Source: Ranitomeya imitator (Eukaryota). From it: a stretch of DNA of 64,000 nucleotides. The notes beneath the pieces were generated by a model that saw only the letters and a list, made by a program, of their open reading frames with translations, searched no databases and was not told the origin of the DNA. Within the stretch, counting starts at the first letter, position 1. Every line of letters starts with the position of its first letter. The stretch covers positions 493,954,001 through 494,018,000 of the forward strand of contig NC_091286.1 of assembly GCF_032444005.1 (NCBI RefSeq). Reading direction: 5' to 3'. The translations under genes and the position numbers were made by a program. Positions 25,369 to 36,182 of the stretch are shown here, piece after piece.

Positions 25369-25714
25369 GGGCATGTGCCCACGGTCAGTAAAGGCTGTGG
25401 GTTGAACGCTGTGTACTTGTGCATTGTCCAACCCGCATCGTCCAGATGTTACAGCATAGTGGATGGGATTTCAAGAAATCCCATGCAAACTATGCGGCCA
25501 GAGACGCCCGGGGCTCACCCGCAGAGACGGACATGCGGCGCCTCTTCCCAGACCGCAGCATGTCTATTTATATTGCAAATACGTGAGTCTCTGCAAGAGA
25601 AATTTCACCCGCACAATGTATTAGATGCGGTGATTCCGCCTAGTTCAGTGAACACATGCGGATTCACCTCCGTTCAATAGCCGGCAGACACTTCCGAATT
25701 GTGTGCACCCGGCC
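25369..25714. mobile_element. Degenerate PIF/Harbinger-like MITE
   Basis: TTA|GGGCATGTGCCCA ... TGTGCACCCGGCC|TAA. Confidence 0.55.
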
Positions 25715-25975
25715 TAAGGGTGATAGATGCCACTGTGTGGAGGCCATCATAGCCTTTTATTACTTTTTAGATAGATAATGGAAGGAAAGAGCATGTTGTG
25801 AAAAGCGCTTTGTAAAGACTTGCAGCCTTTTAGGTCTGGTATAAAGACCTCAATACACATTTGATGAAAGTCAGCCGAATCTGAGAACCCATATGTATGG
25901 GAAGGTCAGGAGAGATGCCGACAGCTTTCTCGTGTATGGCCAGCTCTAGGTAGAGCCTAGTAGGCTTATGTACAA

Positions 25976-27317
25976 CTAGATAGTAGCCCAATTCTAACGC
26001 ATCGGGTATTCTAGAATATGTACAGTATGTATGTACATCGCGCTTAGCACAGCCACGTAATATATAACACAGCCACGTAGTATATAGCACAGCCACGTAG
26101 TATATAGCACAGCCATATACTATATATCACAGCCACATAGTATATAGCAGCCACATAGTATATAGCAGCCACATACTATATAGCACAGCCCACATAACAC
26201 AGACAGCCATGTAGTATATAGCAGAGCCACGTAGTATATAGCAGCCATAGTATATAGCAGCCACATAGTATATTGCACAGCCCACGTAATATATAGCATA
26301 GCCCACGCAGTATATAACACAGGCCATGTAGTATATAACAGCCCACGTAGTATATAACACTGCCCACGTAGTATATAGCAGCCAGGCAGTATATAACACA
26401 GCCCACTTAATATATAGCACAGCCCACATAGTATATAACACGCATCGGGTATTCTAGAATATGTATGTATGTATGTACGTCGCGCTTACCACAGCCACGT
26501 AGTATATAGCACAGCGACGTAGTATATAGCACAGCCACTTAGTATATAGCACAGCCACGTAGTATATAGCACAGCCACGTAGCATATAGCACAGCCACAT
26601 AGTATATAGCAGCCACATAGTATATAGCACAGCCCACGTAACACAGACAGCCACATAGTATATAGCACAGCCACTTAGTATATAGCAGCCACCTAGTATA
26701 TAGCACAGCCCACATAATATACAGCACAGCCCATGTAGTATATAGCACCACCCACGTAGTATATAGCAGCCAGGCAGTATATAACACATCCCATGTAATA
26801 TATAGCACAGCCCACGTAGTATATAACACAGCCCACGCAATATATAACACTGTCCACGTAGTATATAGCACAGCCCACGCAGTATATAACAGCCCACGTA
26901 GTATATAGCAGCCAGGCAGTATATAGCACAACCCACACAGTATATAACACTGCCCTCGTAGTATATAACACTACCCACGTAGTATATATCAGCCAGGCAG
27001 TATATAACAGCCCACATAGTATATAACACAGCCCACGCAGTATATAGCACAGCCCACATAGTACATAGCAGTGTGGGCACCATATCCCAGTTAAAAAAAA
27101 GAATTAAAATAAATAGTTAAATAATAGTTATATACTCACCCTCTGTTGTCCACCGAAGCTGTCCCGACGCGCGCGATGCGGCCGCCAGCTTCCGTTCCCA
27201 GAGATGCATTGTGAAATTACCAAGATGACTTAGCGGTCTCGCGACCAATCAGTGATGCGGGATTTCCGTTGCAGACAGACAGACAGAAGTACCCCTTAGA
27301 CGATTACGGTATATAGA
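25976..27317 (-). mobile_element. Non-autonomous Helitron-like element with an internal 20-22-bp minisatellite
   Basis: On the minus strand it starts A|TCTATAT and ends with a short hairpin (CCCGATGCGTTAGAATTGGG) followed by CTAG|T. No TIR or TSD. Internal array (TAGTATATAGCACAGCCACG)n. Confidence 0.75.
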
Positions 27318-27592
27318 TAAATGGCAGACCATTTCTAGACCTTGGCTGTCATGGAATCACAACGGCACCTCCAATATCACTGCAGTAGTTCTGGTGGGCT
27401 TACAGAGAGAGCTATAATAATTTATATTTCTATAATGCAAACATATTCCGCAGCACTTTATTCTCTGTGCAAGTACCCTCTGACATGTAAAGACATAACA
27501 GAGGAACACAATTCAACAGATGCCAAGAGTGAGAGTCCTGCTCGCAAGCTTACTAGCTATAAGGAAATCGGGGAGACACGAAGGGCAAATAC

Positions 27593-27906
27593 TAGTGATG
27601 AGCGAGTATACTCATTACTTGGGTTTCCCCAAGCATGCTCGATTGGTCTCCGAGTATTTCCTCTGAGTATTTTGGAGTGCCCGAGATTTAGTTTTTGTCG
27701 CCGCAGCTGCATGAGTTGCGACAGCTAGACAGGCTGAATACATGTGGGAATTCCCTAGCAAACAGGCAACCCCCACATGTATTCAGACTGGCTAGCAGTC
27801 GCAAATCATGCAGCTGCGGCAACGAAAACTAATTCTTCAAGCACTCAAAATACTCGGAGACCACCAGAGCATGCTCGGAGAAACTCGAGTAACTCGCTCA
27901 TCACTA
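27593..27906. mobile_element. hAT-like MITE
   Basis: TIR TAGTGATGAGCGAGT / ACTCGCTCATCACTA. TSD not preserved. A related end occurs at about 48680-48758. Confidence 0.7.
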
Positions 27907-28195
27907 GTAAAAGAGCTTGTATCATATGGTTCAGCCATCAGTAGAATAGGTAGGGAACTCAAACTCGCCCGCAGTGCGGGTTTACGAGCTGCAGCAGGTC
28001 AATTATCTGCAGCAGAGAACTAGGTCTGCGCTGCATAGTCTCACCCATAGCCATTCATTAGATGTGGTAAATCCGCATGGTTCACTGACCACAATGCGGA
28101 TTTACCTACGTGACTAGAAGGCAGCGTTTTGGACTCCACGGAAATACACTGCATCCAATTTCCTGATCGTGGGCCCGTAGCCTGACTTTTCAAAA

Positions 28196-29323
28196 ATGAA
28201 AATGTGTGTAAATGGGTTAGTAACTGGCTTAGTGATAGAAAGCAGAGGGTGGTTATAAATGGTATAGTCTCTAACTGGGTCGCTGTCACCAGTGGGGTAC
28301 CGCAGGGGTCAGTATTGGGACCTGTTCTCTTCAACATATTCATTAATGATCTGGTAGAAGGTTTACACAGTAAAATATCGATATTTGCAGATGATACAAA
28401 ACTATGTAAAGCAGTTAATACAAGAGAAGGTAGTATTCTGCTACAGATGGATCTGGATAAGTTGGAAACTTGGGCTGAAAGGTGGCAGATGAGGTTTAAC
28501 AATGATAAATGTGAGGTTTTACACATGGGAAGAAGGAATCAATATCACCATTACACACTGAATGGGAAACCACTGGGTAAATCTGACAGGGAGAAGGACT
28601 TGGGGATCCTAGTTAATGATAAACTTACCTGGACCAGCCAGTGCCAGGCAGCAGCTGCCAAGGCAAACAGGATCATGGGGTGCATTAAAAGAGGTCTGGA
28701 TACACATGATGAGAGCATTATACTGCCTCTGTACAAATCCCTAGTTAGACCGCACATGGAGTACTGTGTCCAGTTTTGGGCACCGGTGCTCAGGAAGGAT
28801 ATAATGGAACTAGAGAGAGTACAAAGGAGGGCAACAAAATTAATAAAGGGGATGGGAGAACTACAATACCCAGATAGATTAGCGAAATTAGGATTATTTA
28901 GTCTAGAAAAAAGACGACTGAGGGGCGATCTAATAACCATGTATAAGTATATAAGGGGACAATACAAATATCTCGCTGAGGATCTGTTTATACCAAGGAA
29001 GGTGACGGGCACAAGGGGGCATTCTTTGCGTCTGGAGGAGAGAAGGTTTTTCCACCAACATAGAAGAGGATTCTTTACTGTTAGGGCAGTGAGAATCTGG
29101 AATTGCTTGCCTGAGGAGGTGGTGATGGCGAACTCAGTCGAGGGGTTCAAGAGAGGCCTGGATGTATTCCTGGAGAAGAACAATATTGTATCATACAATT
29201 ATTAGGTTCTGTAGAAGGACGTAGATCTGGGGATTTATTATGATGGAATATAGGCTGAACTGGATGGACAAATGTCTTTTTTCGGCCTTACTAACTATGT
29301 TACTATGTTACTATGTTACTATG
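28196..29323 (+). mobile_element. CR1 LINE, 5'-truncated 3' end
   Basis: RT C-terminal ORF, a short 3' UTR, and the 8-bp tail (CTATGTTA)n typical of the CR1 clade. Confidence 0.95.
28204..29205 (+). CDS. CR1 ORF2 reverse transcriptase, C-terminal 333 aa (truncated and non-autonomous)
   Basis: Motifs SGVPQGSVLGPVLF, FADD, WQMRFN, EKDLGI, LERVQRRATK and LEKRRLRGDLI, with no stops. Confidence 0.85.
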   Translation: MCKWVSNWLSDRKQRVVINGIVSNWVAVTSGVPQGSVLGPVLFNIFINDLVEGLHSKISIFADDTKLCKAVNTREGSILLQMDLDKLETWAERWQMRFNNDKCEVLHMGRRNQYHHYTLNGKPLGKSDREKDLGILVNDKLTWTSQCQAAAAKANRIMGCIKRGLDTHDESIILPLYKSLVRPHMEYCVQFWAPVLRKDIMELERVQRRATKLIKGMGELQYPDRLAKLGLFSLEKRRLRGDLITMYKYIRGQYKYLAEDLFIPRKVTGTRGHSLRLEERRFFHQHRRGFFTVRAVRIWNCLPEEVVMANSVEGFKRGLDVFLEKNNIVSYNY

Positions 29324-31539
29324 ACACCTATCCATATGACAGTGCCACTAAAATGAATTGGGAGACTGGAAATTCCTACACTGCTTCACTCGTTCTCTTC
29401 TCTCACACCTCATCTTTTTTTTTTTTTTGTATAATTTTAATCCAAAAATCATGATGCAGTAAATCTAAAATGATAGATAACGACAAAACACATCCAGAGG
29501 TTCCTTTTTGTGCACCTGGAGGAACCTGGAGACATTCACTGCACATAGATTTTAGCTGTAACCAGGGGGCCTAATTATACAATTCGTATGTTAGGTGAGC
29601 GGGTTGTGACTTGATGAGCATTGCAATATACTTTGTCACTCTGCTTTCAACATTTGCAGCGCCAGCAGCTACGCAGTGATGCCAATTCCTAAGAATATGA
29701 GGGCATCTCCTCCGAGTCGCATTCAGAGCTGCAAAAAAGCAAAAGTTAAACCAGCGTGATCCGTACAGACGCGGCCTGGTGTTCATCGCTTTGTAATGTT
29801 GGCGGATGTAAAACTCTTCTTTATAATTAATCCTATGGAGATGAGCTACTTTTTCTATGGCCTGAATATTTGTATTTCTCCACCATTAGAGATAAAAGTG
29901 CGCTGCCGGAGAATCTATGGAATGGCATTATTAGGTTGTATCTACAAGAGGAGATCCAGGAGTAAAGCCTCATTCAGACGCGCCGATAATCTGGCGCAAG
30001 CGTTCGTTAGAACACACATTCACCGATCAACATGACATGATGTACTGCCAATAGGTCAGCATTAAGCCACGTTCACGTCAGGATTTGGTGAGTTTTTTAC
30101 CTCAATATTTGTAAGCCAAAATTAGGAGTGGAGAAATCAGAGGAAAAGTATAACAGAAACACGTCACCACTTCTGCATTTATCACCCACTCCTGGAAAAT
30201 ACTGACCAAATACTGATTGTGCGAACGTGGTCTTAATATCGTCGTTTCGGCATCACATTGGCTTTCCTTAATATTAATAATGATTATTCTGCGCACATAG
30301 ATTCCTGGTTGGTCTGTCTAAACAGGCCATTAAAAGTTTTCCAATCTGCTCTGCATATAGTCAGTGGTTAATAAGAGCCGGAAGGTTTTTTGTTTTTGCA
30401 TTTTCTCCTCAGCTTCTTCCAGGAGCCATACTTTTCTTATTTTTCCGGCCACGCACCCTTAGGGCTTGTTTATTGCTGGACAAGTTGTTCTTTTGAATTA
30501 CACCATTAATTTGACCATATAATGTATTGTAAATCAAGGGAGAAAATTCCAATTGAGGTGAAATTACGAATAATATGCAATTTCACCTTTTTTTTAAGTG
30601 GTAAAAAAAAATCAGAAATTTGGAAAAAAAATGTCTCCACGGAGCTGTCTGACGGCTTGTAGTTTGCAGGGTAACCTGACCTTTTTATTGATACCATTTA
30701 GGGCAGATACGTTTTGATCACTTCTTATTGCGTTTTTCTACAAAGTTGTTGCTACCAAAACACAGCAAATCCAGTGTTTTTGTTTTATTTTTCTCTTTAC
30801 AGTTTATTAATTGGGTTAATGAATTTTTAGATTTTGACAAATCAGACTTTTATGGAAATAACTATACCAAATCTGTCTATTCTTTTAATATTCTTTAACC
30901 CCTTTACCCCCAAGGGTGGTTTGCACGTTAATGACCAGGCCAATTTTTACAATTCTGACCACTGTCCCTTTATGAGGTTATAACTCCGAAACGCTTCAAC
31001 GGATCTTAGCGATTCTGAGATTGTTTTCTTGTAACATATTGTACTTCATGATAGTGCTAAAATTTCTTCGATATAACTTGCGTTTATTTGTGAAAAAAAC
31101 GGAAATTTGGCGAAAATTTTGAAAATTTCACAATTTTCCAACTTTGAATTTTTATTCTGTTAAACCAGAGAGTTATGTGACACAATATAGTTAATAAATA
31201 ACATTTCCCACATGTCTACTTTACATCAGCACAATTTTTGAAACAAACTTTTTTTTTTCAAGGAAGTTATAAGGGTTAAAATTTGACCAGCAATTTCTCA
31301 TTTTTACAACCAAATTTACAAAACCATTTTTTTTAGGGACCACCTCACATTTGAAGTCATTTTGAAGGGTCTATATGGCAGAAAATACCCAAAAGCGACA
31401 CCATTCTAAAAACTGCACCCCTCAAGGTGCTCAAAACCACATTCAAGAAGTTTATTAACCCTTCAGGTGATTCACAGCAGCAGAAGCAACATGGAAGGAA
31501 AAAATTAACATTTTACTTTTTAGTCACAAAAATGATCTT

Positions 31540-34500
31540 TCAGCAATAATCTTTTTAATTTCCCAAGGGTAAAAAGAGAAAATGGACCTCAAAAGTTGTT
31601 GTCCAATTTATCCTGAGTACGCTGATACCCCACATGTGAGGGGGAACCACTTTTTGGGCGCATGGCAGGGCTCAGAAGGAAAGGAGCGCCGTTTGACTTT
31701 TTCAAGCTAAATTTGGCTGGAATTGAGATCGGACGCCATGTCGCGTTTGGCGACCCCCTGATGTGCCTAAACAGTGGAAACCCCCCACAAGTGACCCTAT
31801 TTTGGAAACTAGACCCCCTAAGGAACTTATCTAGATGTGTCATGAGCACTTTTATCCCCCAAGTGCTTCACGAAAGTTTATAACGCCCGGGCGTGAAAAA
31901 AAAAATTCCTATTTTTTCCACAAACATGATCGTTTAGTCCCCAATTTTTTATTTTCTCAAGGGTAAAAGGAGAAATTGGACCCCAAAAGTTGTTGTCCAA
32001 TTTGTCCTGAGTACGCTGATACCCCATATGTGGGGGGGACCACTGTTTGGGCGCATGGCAGGGCTCAGAAGGAAAGGAGCGCCGTTTGACTTTTTCAAGC
32101 TAAATTTGGCTGGAATTGAGATCGGACGCCATGTCGCGTTTGGCGACCCCCTGATGTGCCTAAGCAGTGGAAACCTCCCACAAATGACCCCATTTTGGAA
32201 ACTAGACCCCCTAAGGAACTTATCTAGATGTGTCATGAGCACTTTTATCCCCCAAGTTATTCACGAAAGTTTATAACGCCCGGGCGTGAAAAAAAAAATT
32301 CCTATTTTTTCCACAAACATGATCGTTTAGTCCCCAATTTTTTATTTTCTCAAGGGTAAAAGGAGAAATTGGACCCCAAAAGTTGTTGTCCAATTTGTCC
32401 TGAGTACGCTGATACCCCATATGTGGGGGGGGACCACTGTGTGGGCGCATGGCAGGGCTCAGAAGGAAAGGAGCGCCGTTTGACTTTTTCAAGCTAAATT
32501 TGGCTGGAATTGAGATCGGACGCCATGTCGCGTTTGGCGACCCCCTGATGTGCCTAAACAGTGGAAACCCCCCACAAATGACCCCATTTTGGAAACTAGA
32601 CCCCCTAAGGAACTTATCTAGATGTGTCATGAGCACTTTTATCCCCCAAGTGCTTCACGAAAGTTTATAACGCCCGGGCGTGAAAAAAAAAAATCCTATT
32701 TTTTCCACAAACATGATCGTTTAGTCCCCAATTTTTTATTTTCTCAAGGGTAAAAGGAGAAATTGGACCCCAAAAGTTGTTGTCCAATTTGTCCTGAGTA
32801 CGCTGATACCCCATATGTGGGGGGGGACCACTGTTTGGGCGCATGGCAGGGCTCAGAAGGAAAGGAGCGCCGTTTGACTTTTTCAAGCTAAATTTGGCTG
32901 GAATTGAGATCGGACGCCATGTCGCGTTTGGCGACCCCCTGATGTGCCTAAACAGTGGAAACCCCCCACAAATGACCCCATTTTGGAAACTAGACCCCCT
33001 AAGGAACTTATCTAGATGTGTCATGAGCACTTTTATCCCCCAAGTGCTTCACGAAAGTTTATAACGCCCGGGCGTGAAAAAAAAAATTCCTATTTTTTCC
33101 ACAAACATGATCGTTTAGTCCCCAATTTTTTATTTTCTCAAGGGTAAAAGGAGAAATTGGACCCCAAAAGTTGTTGTCCAATTTGTCCTGAGTACGCTGA
33201 TACCCCATATGTGGGGGGGACCACTGTTTGGGCGCATGGCAGGGCTCAGAAGGAAAGGAGCGCCGTTTGACTTTTTCAAGCTAAATTTGGCTGGAATTGA
33301 GATCGGACGCCATGTCGCGTTTGGCGACCCCCTGATGTGCCTAAACAGTGGAAACCCCCCACAAATGACCCCATTTTTGAAACTAGACCCCCTAAGGAAC
33401 TTATCTAGATGTGTCATGAGCACTTTTATCCCCCAAGTGCTTCACGAAAGTTTATAACGCCCGGGCGTGAAAAAAAAAATTCCTATTTTTTCCACAAACA
33501 TGATCGTTTAGTCCCCAATTTTTTATTTTCTCAAGGGTAAAAGGAGAAATTGGACCCCAAAAGTTGTTGTCCAATTTGTCCTGAGTACGCTGATACCCCA
33601 TATGTGGGGGGGGACCACTGTTTGGGCGCATGGCAGGGCTCAGAAGGAAAGGTGCGCCGTTTGACTTTTTCAAGCTAACTTTGGCTGGAATTGAGATCGG
33701 ACGCCATGTCGCGTTTGGCGACCCCCTGATGTGCCTAAACAGTGGAAACCCCCCACAAGTGACCCCATTTTGGAAACTAGACCCCCTAAGGAACTTATCT
33801 AGATGTGTCATGAGCACTTTTATCCCCCAAGTGCTTCACGAAAGTTTATAACGCCCTGGCGTGAAAAAAAAATTCCTATTTTTTTCCACAAACATGATCG
33901 TTTAGTCCCCAATTTTTTATTTTCTCAAGGGTAAAAGGAGAAATTGGACCCCAAAAGTTGTTGTCCAATTTGTCCTGAGTACGCTGATACCCCATATGTG
34001 GGGGGGGACCACTGTTTGGGCGCATGGCAGGGCTCAGAAGGAAAGGAGCGCCGTTTGACTTTTTCAAGCTAACTTTGGCTGGAATTGAGATCGGACGCCA
34101 TGTCGCGTTTGGCGACCCCCTGATGTGCCTAAACAGTGGAAACCCCCCACAAGTGACCCCATTTTGGAAACTAGACCCCCTAAGGAACTTATCTAGATGT
34201 GTCATGAGCACTTTTATCCCCCAAGTGCTTCACGAAAGTTTATAACGCCCTGGCGTGAAAAAAAAAATTCCTATTTTTTTCCACAAACATGATCGTTTAG
34301 TCCCCAATTTTTTATTTTCTCAAGGGTAAAAGGAGAAATTGGACCCCAAAAGTTGTTGTCCAATTTGTCCTGAGTACGCTGATACCCCATATTTGGGGGG
34401 AACCACTGTTTGGGCGCATGGCAGGGCTCAGAAGGAAAGGAGCGCCGTTTGACTTTTTCAAGCTAACTTTGGCTGGAATTGAGATCGGACGCCATGTCGC

Positions 34501-36140
34501 GTTTGGAGAGCCCATGATGTGCCTAAACAGTGGAAACCCCCCACAAGTGACCCCATTTTGGAAACTAGACCCTCTAAGGAACTTATCTAGTTGTGTGGTG
34601 AGAATTTTGAACCCCCACGTGCTTCACTAAAGTATATAATGCCCAGGCGTGAAAATAAAAAATCCTATTTTTTCCTACAAAAATGATATTTTAGTCCCCA
34701 ATTTTTAATTTTCCCAAGGGTACCAGGAGAAATTGGACCCCAAAAGTTGTTGTCCAATTTGTCCTGAGTACGCTGATACCCCATATGTGGGGAGGAACTA
34801 CTGTTTGGGCACACGTTGGGGCTCGAAAGGGAAGTAGTGACGTTTTGGAATGCAGACTTTGATGGAATGTTCTGCTGGCATCATGTTCCATTTGCAGAGC
34901 CCCTGATGTGACTAAACAGTAGAAACCCCCCACAAGTGACCCCATTTTGGAAACTGTACCCCCTAAGGAACTTATCTAGTTGTGTGGTGAGAATTTTGAA
35001 CCCCCACGTGCTTCACTAAACTTTATAATGCCCAGGTGTGAAAATAAAAAATCCTATTTTTTCCCACAAAAATGATATTTTAGTCCCCAATTTTTAATTT
35101 TCCCAAGGGTACCAGGAGAAATTGGACCCCAAAAGTTGTTGTCCAATTTGTCCTGAGTACGCTGATACCCCATATGTGGGGAGGAACTACTGTTTGGGCA
35201 CACGTTGGGGCTCGAAAGGGAAGTAGTGACGTTTTGGAATGCAGACTTTGATGGAATGTTCTGCTGGCATCATGTTCCATTTGCAGAGCCCCTGATGTGA
35301 CTAAACAGTAGAAACCCCCCACAAGTGACCCCATTTTGGAAACTGTACCCCCTAAGGAACTTATCTAGTTGTGTGGTGAGAATTTTGAACCCCCACGTGC
35401 TTCACTAAACTTTATAATGCCCAGGTGTGAAAATAAAAAATCCTATTTTTTCCCACAAAAATGATATTTTAGTCCCCAATTTTTAATTTTCCCAAGGGTA
35501 CCAGGAGAAATTGGACCCCAAAAGTTGTTGTCCAATTTGTCCTGAGTACGCTGATACCCCATATGTGGGGAGGAACTACTGTTTGGGCACACGTTGGGGC
35601 TCGAAAGGGAAGTAGTGACGTTTTGGAATGCAGACTTTGATGGAATGTTCTGCTGGCATCATGTTCCATTTGCAGAGCCCCTGATGTGACTAAACAGTAG
35701 AAACCCCCCACAAGTGACCCCATTTTGGAAACTGTACCCCCTAAGGAACTTATCTAGTTGTGTGGTGAGAAATTTGAACCCCCACGTGCTTCACTAAAGT
35801 TTATAATGCCCAGGCGTGAAAATAAAAAATCCTATTTTTTCCCACAAAAATGATATTTTAGTCCCCAATTTTTAATTTTCCCAAAGGTAACAGGAGAAAT
35901 TGGACATCAAAAGTTGTTGTCCAAATTGTCCTGATTACGCTGGTACGCCATATGTGGGAAAAAACTGTTTAGGCACACGTTGGGGCTCGAAAGGGAAGTT
36001 GTGACGTTTTGGAATGCAGAAATTGTCTGCGGTCGTCATGTTCCGTTTGCAGAGCCCCTGATGTGCCTAAACAGTAAAAAAAACCCACAAGTGACATCAT
36101 TTTGGAACCTAGACCCCCCCCAAGGAACTTATCTAGATGT
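31540..36140. repeat. Tandem array inside piggyBac: 8 x about 394 bp (type A), then 4 x 389 bp (type B, last copy partial and diverged)
   Basis: The anchor GGAC(C/A).CAAAAGTTGTTGTCCAA occurs at about 31584, 31978, 32371, 32765, 33159, 33552, 33946, 34341, 34735, 35124, 35513 and 35902. Confidence 0.95.
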
Positions 36141-36182
36141 GCCCCCTTTTTGGAACTAATGTACGCTTTCTTGTAAAGTAAA

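Noticed and set aside
26120-27083. Tyr/Cys-rich ORFs here and at 52737-54485
   Set aside because: They are translations of the 20-22-bp Helitron-internal minisatellites.
28551-29198. 215-aa antisense ORF
   Set aside because: It is the shadow frame of the CR1 RT.
31540-36140. CRISPR-like array or repeated small genes (MAGLRRKGAPFDFFKL...)
   Set aside because: The units are contiguous near-identical tandem repeats with no unique spacers, there are no cas genes, and the context is eukaryotic. The short ORFs vary with indels.
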